Positions 21,562 to 28,848 of a DNA stretch of 40,000 bases are shown in pieces. A program made the translations under genes and the position numbers. The stretch comes from Thermomonas haemolytica (GTDB lineage: Bacteria; Pseudomonadota; Gammaproteobacteria; Xanthomonadales; Xanthomonadaceae), in contig NZ_SMAP01000004.1 of the NCBI RefSeq assembly GCF_004346265.1, forward strand, positions 134,056 through 174,055, in the 5' to 3' direction. Position 1 is the first letter of the stretch; every line of letters starts with the position of its first letter. The notes below the pieces were generated by a model. It ran no database searches. It had not been told where the DNA came from and saw only the letters and a list, made by a program, of their open reading frames with translations.

Positions 21562-22347
21562 TCAGATCGACTGCATGCGGCCGCCATCCACCGCGATCGA
21601 CTGGCCGTTGATGTAGGCGGCGGCGGGGCTGCACAGGAAGGCGATCAGGCTGGCCGGCTCGTGTGCCTCGGCGAAGCGCCCGGCGGGAACGCTGGCCAGC
21701 ATCGCCTGCGCCACGTCCTCCTTGGATTTGCCGGTGGCGGCGCTGCGCTCGGCCAGGATTTGCTCCAGCCGGCGGGTGCGGGTGTAGCCCGGCAGCACGT
21801 TGTTCACGGTGATGCCGTCGCCGCCGAGCTCGCGCGAGAGCGTCTTCGCCCAGCTCGCCACCGCGCCGCGGATGGTGTTGGAGACGCCGAGGTTGGGGAT
21901 CGGCTCGTACACCGAGGTCGAGATCACGTTGACGATGCGTCCCCAGCGCGCCGCGTGCATGCCCGGCAGCAGCGCCTGCACCAGCGTCTGCGCGGCGATC
22001 AAATGCGTCTGGAATGCCTGTAGATAGGCTGTTGCCGGTGCGGTGTGCGCGGGGCCGCCCGGCGGGCCGCCGCTGTTGTTGACGAGGATGTGCACCGGCG
22101 CGCGGGTCGCCAGCGCGCGCGCTGCATCCGCGAGGGCCTCGGCATCGGCCAGGTCGACGGCCAGCAGGCCATGCGCCTGGTCGCGTGTGTGCGGCAGGCT
22201 GGCGACGACTGCGCGCAGCGCGTCCTCGCGCCGCGCCAGCACGGTGACGTGGGCGCCGAGGGTGGCCAGTTCCAGCGCGGCGGCGCGGCCGATGCCTTCC
22301 GATGCGCCGCAGACCAGCGCGTGTTTCCCAGTCAGATCCAGATCCAT
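21562..22347 (-). CDS. Short-chain dehydrogenase/reductase family protein
   Basis: Starts at ATG 22347 (MDLDLTGKHALVCGASEGIGRAAALELA...). It has a Rossmann GxxxGxG-type motif and NNSG. A classical YxxxK is not obvious by eye in the expected region (SNTIRGAVASWAK), so the substrate is unknown and the chemistry may be atypical. Confidence 0.8.
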   Translation of the reverse strand: MDLDLTGKHALVCGASEGIGRAAALELATLGAHVTVLARREDALRAVVASLPHTRDQAHGLLAVDLADAEALADAARALATRAPVHILVNNSGGPPGGPAHTAPATAYLQAFQTHLIAAQTLVQALLPGMHAARWGRIVNVISTSVYEPIPNLGVSNTIRGAVASWAKTLSRELGGDGITVNNVLPGYTRTRRLEQILAERSAATGKSKEDVAQAMLASVPAGRFAEAHEPASLIAFLCSPAAAYINGQSIAVDGGRMQSI

Positions 22348-22393
22348 GCGGACGTCCTGCAAGTGGAGCGCCCGATTGTAAGCCGCGCCGCGT

Positions 22394-22957
22394 TCAGGCC
22401 ATGCCGCCGACCATGCCGCCCAGGCCTGCGGCCAGCCACAGCGAGGCACCGGCGAGGGTGCCGCCGATGGCGGTCGCCGCCAGCACGTCGCTGGGGTAGT
22501 GCAGGCCAAGCACCACCCGCGAGGCCGCCACGCTCACCGTGAACGGCACCAGCAGCCACGCCAGCGCCGGATAGTGCGCCACCGCGACCACGCTGAAGGC
22601 GACCGCGTGCAGGGTATGCCCGGACGGAAAGCTGAACTCGTCCAGCGGCGCCACCCACGCGCGGATGCGGCCATCGCGCGCGAACGGCCGCGGGCGCCGG
22701 GTCCAGCGCTTCAGGCGCGTGTACAGCAGCAGCGCCGCCAGCCCGGTCAGCGCCAGGTGCAGGCTGGCGCGCAGCCCGTCCAGCCCGTCGATCGCCACCA
22801 GCAGCGCCATCAGCGCGTACCAGAACACCCCATCGCCCAGGCGGCTGACCGCGGCGAAGTAGTGCAGCGGCCAGCGCCGCGCGCACAGCGCATTGGCATG
22901 CAGGCACCAGCGGTGCTCGGCCGCCAGCAGGCGCTCAGGAGAGGACGGACGCGGCAT
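22394..22957 (-). CDS. PAP2-superfamily (type 2 phosphatidic acid/undecaprenyl-PP-like) membrane phosphatase
   Basis: 187 aa from ATG 22957. All three PAP2 motifs are present: KRWTRRPRP, PSGHT and SRVVLGLHYPSD. It has several TM segments and overlaps the 3' end of the glycosyltransferase gene by 23 nt. Confidence 0.8.
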   Translation of the reverse strand: MPRPSSPERLLAAEHRWCLHANALCARRWPLHYFAAVSRLGDGVFWYALMALLVAIDGLDGLRASLHLALTGLAALLLYTRLKRWTRRPRPFARDGRIRAWVAPLDEFSFPSGHTLHAVAFSVVAVAHYPALAWLLVPFTVSVAASRVVLGLHYPSDVLAATAIGGTLAGASLWLAAGLGGMVGGMA

Positions 22958-24083
22958 GGGCAGGGCTCCCGATGGCGAGGGATCGCAACAGCTGGTCGAA
23001 ATCCTCGGCCACCCGCGCCGGGCGCAGCGCGGCGACCGCTTCGCGGCAGGCGGTGCGCATCGCCTCGCGCAGGGCGTCGTTCGCGCCCAGGCGCAGGGTG
23101 GCGGCGATGAAGCCGGCCTCGTCGTCGCAGGCCACCGCCGCGCCGTGCACGCCATCGCGCACCAGCTCGCGGGTGGCGCCGTAGTCGAAGGCCACCAGCG
23201 GCACGCCGCTGGCCAGTGATTCCAGCACGACGTTGCCGAAGGTCTCGCTGTGGCTGGGGAACAGGAACAGGTCGCCGCTGGCGAAGTGGCGGGCCAGCGC
23301 CTCGCCGCGCTGCACGCCGCAGAAGATGAAGTCGGGGTGCTCGCGCTGCAGGGCCTCGCGCGCCGGGCCATCGCCGACCCACACGAAGCGCGCGTCCGGC
23401 CGGATGCGCTGCAGTTCGCGGAAGGCGCGCACCGCCAGCGGCAGGTTCTTCTCCGGTGCGATCCGGCCCACGTACAGCACCGCCAGCGCGTGCGCATCCA
23501 GCCCCCAGGACGCACGCAGCGCGGCATCGCGCTGGTCGGGATGGAAGGCGCGGGTATCCACCGCGCGCGGCAGCAGCACGACGTTGCGGAAGCCGTGGCC
23601 CGTAAGGAAGGCCTGCAGTTCGCGGGTGGGCACCAGCGTGGCCTGCGCGCCGTTGTGGAAACGCCGCATCCAGCGCAGCGCGGTGCCCTGCAGCCAGGGC
23701 GCGCCGTAGCTGCGCATGTAATCGTCGAAGCGGGTGTGGAAGCCGGTGGCCGCCGGGATCCCCAGCTGGCGCGCCGCGCGCAGCGCCGACCAGCCCAGCG
23801 GGCCTTCGGTCGCCACGTAGATCGCATCCGGCCGCGCCTGCTGCCAGCGCTGGCGCAGCGCGCGCGTGGCGGGCAGGCCGAAGCGCAGCCCCGGATAGCG
23901 CGGCAACGCTGCCCCGCGCACCAGCAGGGTTGCATCTGTCGTCGCGGCATCCGTCGGTTGGCGCGGGCGTACCAGCTCCACCGCATGCCCGCGCTCGCGC
24001 AAGCCCAGTTCCAGCCCCTGCACGGTCAGCGCCACGCCGTTGACTTCCGGCGGGTAGGTCTCGGTGATGATGCCGTAGCGCAT
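22935..24083 (-). CDS. GT-B fold glycosyltransferase, family 4 (group 1)
   Basis: 382 aa from ATG 24083 (MRYGIITETYPPEVNGVALTV...). It has the C-terminal EX7E-type motif (FPSHSETFGNVVLESLASGVPLVA). Confidence 0.85.
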   Translation of the reverse strand: MRYGIITETYPPEVNGVALTVQGLELGLRERGHAVELVRPRQPTDAATTDATLLVRGAALPRYPGLRFGLPATRALRQRWQQARPDAIYVATEGPLGWSALRAARQLGIPAATGFHTRFDDYMRSYGAPWLQGTALRWMRRFHNGAQATLVPTRELQAFLTGHGFRNVVLLPRAVDTRAFHPDQRDAALRASWGLDAHALAVLYVGRIAPEKNLPLAVRAFRELQRIRPDARFVWVGDGPAREALQREHPDFIFCGVQRGEALARHFASGDLFLFPSHSETFGNVVLESLASGVPLVAFDYGATRELVRDGVHGAAVACDDEAGFIAATLRLGANDALREAMRTACREAVAALRPARVAEDFDQLLRSLAIGSPAHAASVLS

Positions 24084-24216
24084 GCGCGCCCCGTCGCCCC
24101 TGGCTTGCGTTCTGGCAAGCCTGGCGGTCGCCGGTGACCCGGCCATTGCGCCGGGATGACGCCCCGGTGACGGGCGTGCCCGGGCGTGGGCTGGGCGGCG
24201 AATCCGCGCGACGAAG

Positions 24217-24572
24217 GTGCCGGTGCTGGCCGACGCGATCAAGGCCATGTGCGCGCGCTGGAAGATCGGCCCGCACGGTGTGGCTGACGACGCCATATTC
24301 GCCAAGACCGGTAGCGGTGCCGGCTGCATCGCGGATGAGTTCGCGCGTGAGGGCGTCTACTTCGACCCTGCGCAGAAGGGTGGCCGGGTAAGTGGATGGC
24401 AGCGTATGCGCCGCCTGCTGTCCGACGCCGGCAAGCCCGACCGCCCCGGCTTGTACTTGAACCGGGCATGTCGCTACTGGTGGCATACGGCGCCCTATGC
24501 GGGGCGCGACCTTAAGCGACCGGGGACGTAGACAGCAGCGGGGCAGATCACGCGCTCGATGCCATGCGGTAA
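24217..24572 (+). pseudogene. Phage terminase large-subunit C-terminal (nuclease domain) remnant, frameshifted and truncated
   Basis: Frame A (24217-24531) reads ...VADDAIFAKTGSGAGCIADEFAREGVYFDPAQKGGRVSGWQRMRRLLSDAGKPDRPGLYLNRACRYWWHTAP. After a frameshift near 24515-24525, frame B reads GDVDSSGADHALDAMR followed by TAA at 24570-24572. Together these reproduce the terminal motif series of TerL proteins (ADP.IF, IAEEF...G..F.PA.KG.R..GW, P.L.I...C, DVDT...DH..DA.RY), with a stop where the final Tyr is expected. The ATPase domain is absent. Confidence 0.7.
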
Positions 24573-24700
24573 GGCACGCAGCGCATCGCGTGGGCAACGG
24601 AGTTCAACGTGACTTGGCCGTCGTAGGACTGCGCGGGCTGCGCTTCTCGGCCATGGGGAGCGCAGTTCGCACGGTGCCACTTGTGATGGGGCGGCGGGGG

Positions 24701-24727
24701 TGGCCACGTTCTAAGGGCGCGTGGCCA
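24701..24727. other. Perfect 8-bp hairpin 10 nt downstream of the membrane-protein ORF stop
   Basis: tggccacg-ttctaagggcg-cgtggcca. On the plus strand it is followed a few nt later by caattttta, and on the minus strand by a C-rich run with no U-tract. It may be a terminator for either strand, but the function is unproven. Confidence 0.3.
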
Positions 24728-24736
24728 GCCCAATTT

Positions 24737-25237
24737 TTACGCGGCGCGCGCGTTCGCTACTTGGAGAAGGATGAAGACAATTGGCATTAGCGAAATGAGG
24801 ATCATCAGTAGCGACGAAGCAATGAGGTAAATGACGATACTAGCTACCGTGGTACTGACTGCACTGGTCAACATCACCATGGAAAAGACAAACGCCGCAA
24901 TCAGCACCAGCATAGTCAAGCTAATCAGCCAGAGTTGAACTACAAGGTTTCCGTCGCGTCTATAAGACTCGAAAGGCGTGGTGTGCGAAACCGCGACAAA
25001 GATCGCGAGGAATGCAGCCAAGAAGCCTAGCATTGAGAAGCTATAGGAGGCGGCGGTTCCGGCGAACTGATCAGGCTTTTCGACCAGTTTTCTTAGTAGC
25101 TCGCTTCCCACCAGCCCCAGCTTTGGTAGCCACAGGTTGCGCAGCCACAGTAGCGGTAGCGGAAGGATATTTCCGATCAATGCCAAGATCAGGAAGACCT
25201 TTATCTTTCTTGAGGTTGGCATCGGATTTGAACTCAT
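24737..25237 (-). CDS. Small integral membrane protein with four predicted TM helices, no recognisable family (cassette gene 2)
   Basis: 166-aa ORF in the low-GC segment. Hydrophobic spans fall at about aa 13-32 (KVFLILALIGNILPLPLLWL), 62-83 (AASYSFSMLGFLAAFLAIFVAV), 98-123 (LVVQLWLISLTMLVLIAAFVFSMVML) and 130-159 (TVASIVIYLIASSLLMILISLMPIVFILLQ). Only ATG 25237 or ATG 25222 can include TM1. No good SD is visible. Confidence 0.75.
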   Translation of the reverse strand: MSSNPMPTSRKIKVFLILALIGNILPLPLLWLRNLWLPKLGLVGSELLRKLVEKPDQFAGTAASYSFSMLGFLAAFLAIFVAVSHTTPFESYRRDGNLVVQLWLISLTMLVLIAAFVFSMVMLTSAVSTTVASIVIYLIASSLLMILISLMPIVFILLQVANARAA

Positions 25238-26075
25238 TGACTTTGGCCTGCAACTTCGTATTCGCGGCGGTCTTGCTAGGAATTAATGACTTGAGATCGC
25301 CTTCCTTTTTAAAAGGCAGGAACTCGCGGATCGCGCCCTCGCCAACAATGTACACGTCCCGCACTTGATCCGCAGCTTCAACTTTGGCGCGGGCTTCAAG
25401 CGAAATAAGTTCGTTATCGGCCATGTTTTTCGATATGGCTGCTAGATCGTCTTTGAGGCTCTTCTTTCCTTTGCGAACGGGGCGAATGACAATCTTGATA
25501 CTGCCAATGTCGTGCAGAGTTTCTGGTGGTCTGTTTGTAAGCTGTTTGAGAAGGTTCTGGGTAAGCGTGCTAGCAGTATTCATTTCGACAGTTACTGCGC
25601 CCACATGCGTGAGTTTCTGAACTTCGTCTTTCGGCAGGTTCTCGGTGAGCAGCGTCGGAAGGAACACGTAGTCAAGCCCGCCGTATCCACGAACAACCTG
25701 CGTCATCATTTCGCAGAACGGTGTAATGCGTGGCGAAAGGACGCGGGATGCTATTCCCAAGTAGCCGTTCTCCATTGACAGGTAGGAAGCAAACCCGACT
25801 GTTTCGCTTTTCTGTAACTTGTCCTTGATGTCCTTTACGTCGAGCGTCTTGCCTTCAATCGCCTTGATAATTTCGTTCGCACGGGTCTGGACAAACAAGT
25901 AAATCCCGGTGCTGAAAGGCAGTAGGTAAAGATGATCGCCGTGATAGGTGATCGACGATTTGAACGACTGGCTCGTGCTGGCCACGAACTTCTTCGTGAG
26001 GTCGCGCAAGTCAACGAGATACTTCTTTCCGCTTGGTACGTGCTGCAGGCAGTACCCGTAGTAACAAATCCGCAT
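25071..26075 (-). CDS. 334-aa soluble protein of unknown family (cassette gene 1)
   Basis: This is the longest ORF in the low-GC segment, and ATG 26075 is preceded by aGGGGGAGtc. It has no TM segments and no Walker A, HTH or nuclease motif that I can recognise with confidence. The last roughly 55 codons (EFKSDANLKKDKG...AGAGGKRATKKTGRKA) are low-complexity and lie inside the overlap with gene 2, so the true C-terminus is uncertain. Confidence 0.8.
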   Translation of the reverse strand: MRICYYGYCLQHVPSGKKYLVDLRDLTKKFVASTSQSFKSSITYHGDHLYLLPFSTGIYLFVQTRANEIIKAIEGKTLDVKDIKDKLQKSETVGFASYLSMENGYLGIASRVLSPRITPFCEMMTQVVRGYGGLDYVFLPTLLTENLPKDEVQKLTHVGAVTVEMNTASTLTQNLLKQLTNRPPETLHDIGSIKIVIRPVRKGKKSLKDDLAAISKNMADNELISLEARAKVEAADQVRDVYIVGEGAIREFLPFKKEGDLKSLIPSKTAANTKLQAKVNEFKSDANLKKDKGLPDLGIDRKYPSATATVAAQPVATKAGAGGKRATKKTGRKA

Positions 26076-26136
26076 GACTCCCCCTGTGCTTTAGGTCTGC
26101 AACCAGGAGGCTCCCCGTCCGTGGCTGCTCAGAGTC

Positions 26137-26165
26137 AGCCTAGGCCGTCTCATGCGGGGCGACAA
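26137..26165 (-). promoter_or_regulatory. Candidate promoter for the cassette (TTGTCG-N17-TAGGCT on the minus strand)
   Basis: The reverse complement of 26160-26165 is TTGTCG, followed by a 17-nt spacer, and the reverse complement of 26137-26142 is TAGGCT. It sits about 60 nt upstream of ATG 26075. This is a weak, pattern-only call. Confidence 0.2.
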
Positions 26166-26398
26166 GAGGCAAGTCCCGGCGCCGGTGCATCGCGGACGTT
26201 CGACCGGACATCCCTGCAGAGGGTGTAGTGGCCTAGGCGCCGGGGCGCTGCCAGCGTGCCCCCTGCATCCTGTGGCTGCCAGCAGCGGCAGCCGGCGCGT
26301 GCGGTAGGAAAGCGCCCCAGCCGAGCGTAAGGCGGCGCCATACCAGCCTCGCCGCGATTCGGCCATCATTCGGCCACAGCGCAAGGGTCACAAAGGAT

Positions 26399-26432
26399 AA
26401 GGGCCTAGCCTTTCGGCTAAGCCCTTGTTTTT
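26399..26432. terminator. Hairpin abutting the 3' end of tRNA-Leu (tRNA terminator / bidirectional terminator)
   Basis: aagggcctagcc-tttc-ggctaagccctt forms a 12-bp stem with one G-U pair. On the plus strand it is followed by gttttt, and on the minus strand it directly follows the tRNA CCA end. Confidence 0.45.
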
Positions 26433-26434
26433 AC

Positions 26435-26521
26435 TGGTGCCGGAAGTGGGACTCGAACCCACACGCTTTTAAGGGCGGCGGATTTTGAGTCCGCTGCGTC
26501 TACCGATTCCGCCATTCCGGC
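26435..26521 (-). tRNA. tRNA-Leu (anticodon CAA), CCA encoded
   Basis: The reverse complement reads GCCGGAATGGCGGAATCGGTAGACGCAGCGGACTCAAAATCCGCCGCCCTTAAAAGCGTGTGGGTTCGAGTCCCACTTCCGGCACCA. The acceptor stem is GCCGGAA/TTCCGGC and the anticodon stem is GCGGA/TCCGC with loop CTCAAAA. It has a long variable arm (class II) and a T-arm GTGGG-TTCGAGT-CCCAC. Confidence 0.95.
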
Positions 26522-26551
26522 GCGGACGGCGAGTATAGCCGAGCGTGGCGG

Positions 26552-27706
26552 TCAGGCCACCTTGCCGGGGTCGCGGGCGGAGCAGGGCAGGGCGCCGAGG
26601 AAGCCGGCCATGGCGGGGGCGAAGCGCGCTTCGTCCACCAGGAAGGCGTCGTGGCCCTGCGGCGAGGGCATCGCCAGGAAGCGCGTCTCGCAGCCGGCCT
26701 GGCGCAGCCCGGCGGCGATCTCCTCCTGCTGCTGGATCGGGAACAGGATGTCGGTGCGCACCCCGATCACCAGCGCCTGCCGCACCCCGGTGAGCGCGGC
26801 CAGCCCGGCCGCGGTGTCGCCGCCGTGGGCTTCGCCGAGGTCGAACCAGTCCATCGAACGGCTCAGGTAGAGGTAGCTGTTGGGATCGAAGGCATGCACG
26901 AAGCGGCGCGCGTGCGCCTCGAGGTAGCGTTCGACCTCGAACTCCAGCCCGAACGGGTCCTCGTCGTCGCGGCGCTCGGCGTCCAGCCGCACGCGGCCGA
27001 AGCGGCCGTCCCATTCCAGCGCCGAGCGGTAGGTGATGACGCCCAGCTTGCGCGCCATGCGCATGCCGTTTTCCGGATAGGTGCCGGCGGCCTCGTAGTC
27101 GCCGTCGCGCCACTCCGGATCGCGCCGGATCGCCTCGCGCTGCAGCGAGCGGATGGCGATCGAGAACGGCAGCGCGCGCGCCGCACCGCAGATGTTGATA
27201 TGGCTGCGGGCGATGCCGGGATGGCGCGCCAGCAGCGCCAGCGTGCTCATGCCGCCCATCGAGTTGCCGACCACGCAGGCCAGCTGCGCGATGCCCAGCC
27301 CGCGCACCAGCGCGGCCGCGGCATCGGCCCCGTCCTCGATCGACAGCGCCGGGAACCCGAGCCGGTAGGGTGCGCCGGTGGCCGGATCGATCGACGCCGG
27401 GCCGGTGCTGCCCTTGCAGCTGCCGAGCGCGTTCACGCAGATCACGAACCAGCGGCGGGTGTCGATCGGCTTGCCGGGCCCGACCATCCATTCCCACCAG
27501 CCGGGTGCCGGGTTGTCGGCGTGGCTGGCGGCGTGCGCGTCCGGCGACATCCCGGTGAGGATGAGGATGGCATTGCCACCCGCCGCGTCCAGCCGCCCCC
27601 AGGTCTCGTAGGCCAGGCGCGCGCCGTGCAGCGCGCCGCCGCGCTTCATCGGGAACGGCGACGGCAGCGCGAACCAGCGGGTGCCGGGGGGAATGAATTC
27701 GGCCAT
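26552..27706 (-). CDS. metX: Homoserine O-acyltransferase (MetX family, alpha/beta hydrolase)
   Basis: 384 aa with the nucleophile elbow GNSMGG, collinear with MetX (ILILTGMSPDAHAA...WWEWMVGPGKPIDT...FVICVNALGSCKGSTGP). The acetyl versus succinyl specificity cannot be read from the sequence. Confidence 0.92.
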   Translation of the reverse strand: MAEFIPPGTRWFALPSPFPMKRGGALHGARLAYETWGRLDAAGGNAILILTGMSPDAHAASHADNPAPGWWEWMVGPGKPIDTRRWFVICVNALGSCKGSTGPASIDPATGAPYRLGFPALSIEDGADAAAALVRGLGIAQLACVVGNSMGGMSTLALLARHPGIARSHINICGAARALPFSIAIRSLQREAIRRDPEWRDGDYEAAGTYPENGMRMARKLGVITYRSALEWDGRFGRVRLDAERRDDEDPFGLEFEVERYLEAHARRFVHAFDPNSYLYLSRSMDWFDLGEAHGGDTAAGLAALTGVRQALVIGVRTDILFPIQQQEEIAAGLRQAGCETRFLAMPSPQGHDAFLVDEARFAPAMAGFLGALPCSARDPGKVA

Positions 27707-27831
27707 GGCGGGGGTGGCGGGAGAGCGGGAACCGATGCGCCATCATGCTCCCGCCGGGGTGAAGGCATCATGTCGGTTGGGAATACCGGCATGAACGATC
27801 CGCCGGCGGCGGCCTGCATCCGGATCCGGGA

Positions 27832-27849
27832 CCCGCGCGTAGGCGCGGG
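27832..27849 (-). terminator. GC hairpin immediately after the ccmI stop (possible operon terminator, no U-tract)
   Basis: cccgcgc-gtag-gcgcggg, a 7-bp perfect stem lying 3 nt downstream of the ccmI stop on the minus strand. Confidence 0.3.
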
Positions 27850-27852
27850 CCT

Positions 27853-28848
27853 TCAGTGCGCCGGAATCACCAGCGTGATGGGCTTGTTGGCCGGTAGCGC
27901 CACCCGCACCGGTGCCGACTCGAGGTCGCCGTCCTGGCGCATGGCCTGGCCGCTGGCCGACAGCCGTGCCACCAGTTCCACCGCGCGCAGCTGCGACAGC
28001 TTGAGCGTGGGCATCGGGCTGTCGGCATCGCTCAGTTTGACTTCCAGCGGCAGCGCGCTGGCCGGGTGCTTCTGCACCGCCACCGGCATCGGCGGCCCGC
28101 CGACCTGGCGGGCGATCACGAACACGCTGGCCTGCGGCGACTGGCGCAGGCGCGCGGCCAGCGCCGGGTCCAGCCGGACCTGCGCCACCAGCAGCGGCGC
28201 CGGGGCGGCGGCCTCTGCCAGCGGCGGCAGCCCGGCCTGCTGGCGGGCGGCGTTGATCTCGGGGCGCAGGCGGGCGGCGGTGACGGCGTCCACCTGCGCC
28301 AGCAGCGGCTCCCAGGTGGCGGCGGCCTGCGCGTTTTCGCCACGTTGACGCTGCGCCACGCCGAGGAACCAGCGCGCGCGCTGGTGCGCGGGATTGGCCT
28401 TCAGCGCGGCGTCCAGCCAGGCGCGCGCGCGCGCATCGAAGCCGTGCTCCGGCGCCGCCAGGGCGCGCGCCTGCGCGGCTTCGGTGAGGATGTCAGGGTC
28501 GTTCGGTGCCAGCGCGGCGGCGCGCGCCAGCGCATCCGCGGCCTGCGCCGGCCGGTCCATGTGCAGGTAGGCCTGCCCGAGCAGCGCCCAGCCTTCCGGC
28601 TGTCGCGGATCGCGCGCCAGCGCCGCCTGCAGTTGGGTGACCGCATCCTCCAGCGTGGCCGGGGCCTGGCGCGCGGCGGCATCCAGCGCCTGCGGCGTGC
28701 CCAGCAGGCGGTACAGCAGCGCGGCGGAGGCCAGCACCACCAGGCCGATGCCCAGCGCCACCCCGCGCGCCTGCGGCCACAGCGGCCGCAGCAGGGTGGC
28801 CAGCACCAGCAGGCCTAGCACCAGCGAGAGGGCGATGAAGACGGCCAT
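27853..28848 (-). CDS. ccmI: Cytochrome c-type biogenesis protein CcmI (TPR-containing)
   Basis: 331 aa from ATG 28848. It has two N-terminal TM segments and a TPR-like Ala-rich region (GWALLGQAYLHMDRPAQAADALARAAALAPNDP). It is the last gene of the ccm operon, and its start overlaps the ccmH stop (TGATG). Confidence 0.85.
   Translation of the reverse strand: MAVFIALSLVLGLLVLATLLRPLWPQARGVALGIGLVVLASAALLYRLLGTPQALDAAARQAPATLEDAVTQLQAALARDPRQPEGWALLGQAYLHMDRPAQAADALARAAALAPNDPDILTEAAQARALAAPEHGFDARARAWLDAALKANPAHQRARWFLGVAQRQRGENAQAAATWEPLLAQVDAVTAARLRPEINAARQQAGLPPLAEAAAPAPLLVAQVRLDPALAARLRQSPQASVFVIARQVGGPPMPVAVQKHPASALPLEVKLSDADSPMPTLKLSQLRAVELVARLSASGQAMRQDGDLESAPVRVALPANKPITLVIPAH

Larger units (their letters stand above)
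24160..26434. mobile_element. Degraded tRNA-Leu-associated genomic islet (phage remnant plus low-GC cargo cassette; no integrase present)
   Basis: It lies directly at the 3' side of tRNA-Leu. It contains a broken terminase gene and a compositionally foreign two-gene cassette. No integrase, recombinase or clean direct repeat was found, so the boundaries are approximate. Confidence 0.6.

Noticed and set aside
24134-24391. ORF 24134..24391 (+) and minus-strand ORFs 24239..24469, 24495..24707 and 24548..24733 around the terminase remnant.
   Set aside because: They overlap the frame that carries recognisable terminase motifs, and their sequences are low-complexity.
24673-24719. Possible decayed direct repeat of the tRNA-Leu 3' half (GGTGCC...GTG...CCAC..TT.TAAGGGCG), which would mark an attL-like end of the cassette insertion.
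   Set aside because: Only about 60% identity by hand alignment, with several gaps, and the match was found post hoc. The best-matching core (taagggcg) is simply the loop of a local perfect hairpin (24701-24727). This is not sufficient to call an att site.
25012-26228. Plus-strand ORFs inside the cassette (25012..25368, 25384..25620, 25512..25778, 25932..26228).
   Set aside because: They are antisense to the two much longer minus-strand ORFs. They are short, lack motifs or RBS, and are the kind of stop-poor antisense frames expected opposite real genes.
26091-26384. ORFs 26091..26384 (-) and 26150..26341 (-) in the cassette-tRNA spacer.
   Set aside because: Their translations are Arg/Gly/Ala/Pro-rich with no start context, in GC-rich DNA where such frames arise by chance. 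They are treated as non-coding.
27707-27852. Looked for a SAM-type riboswitch or other leader upstream of metX.
   Set aside because: I could not find the SAM-I hallmarks (GAGGGA, GGCCC, GCAACC, GGUGC.AA) on the minus strand. The 146-nt spacer is largely taken up by the ccmI-proximal hairpin. Only a covariance-model scan could settle this.
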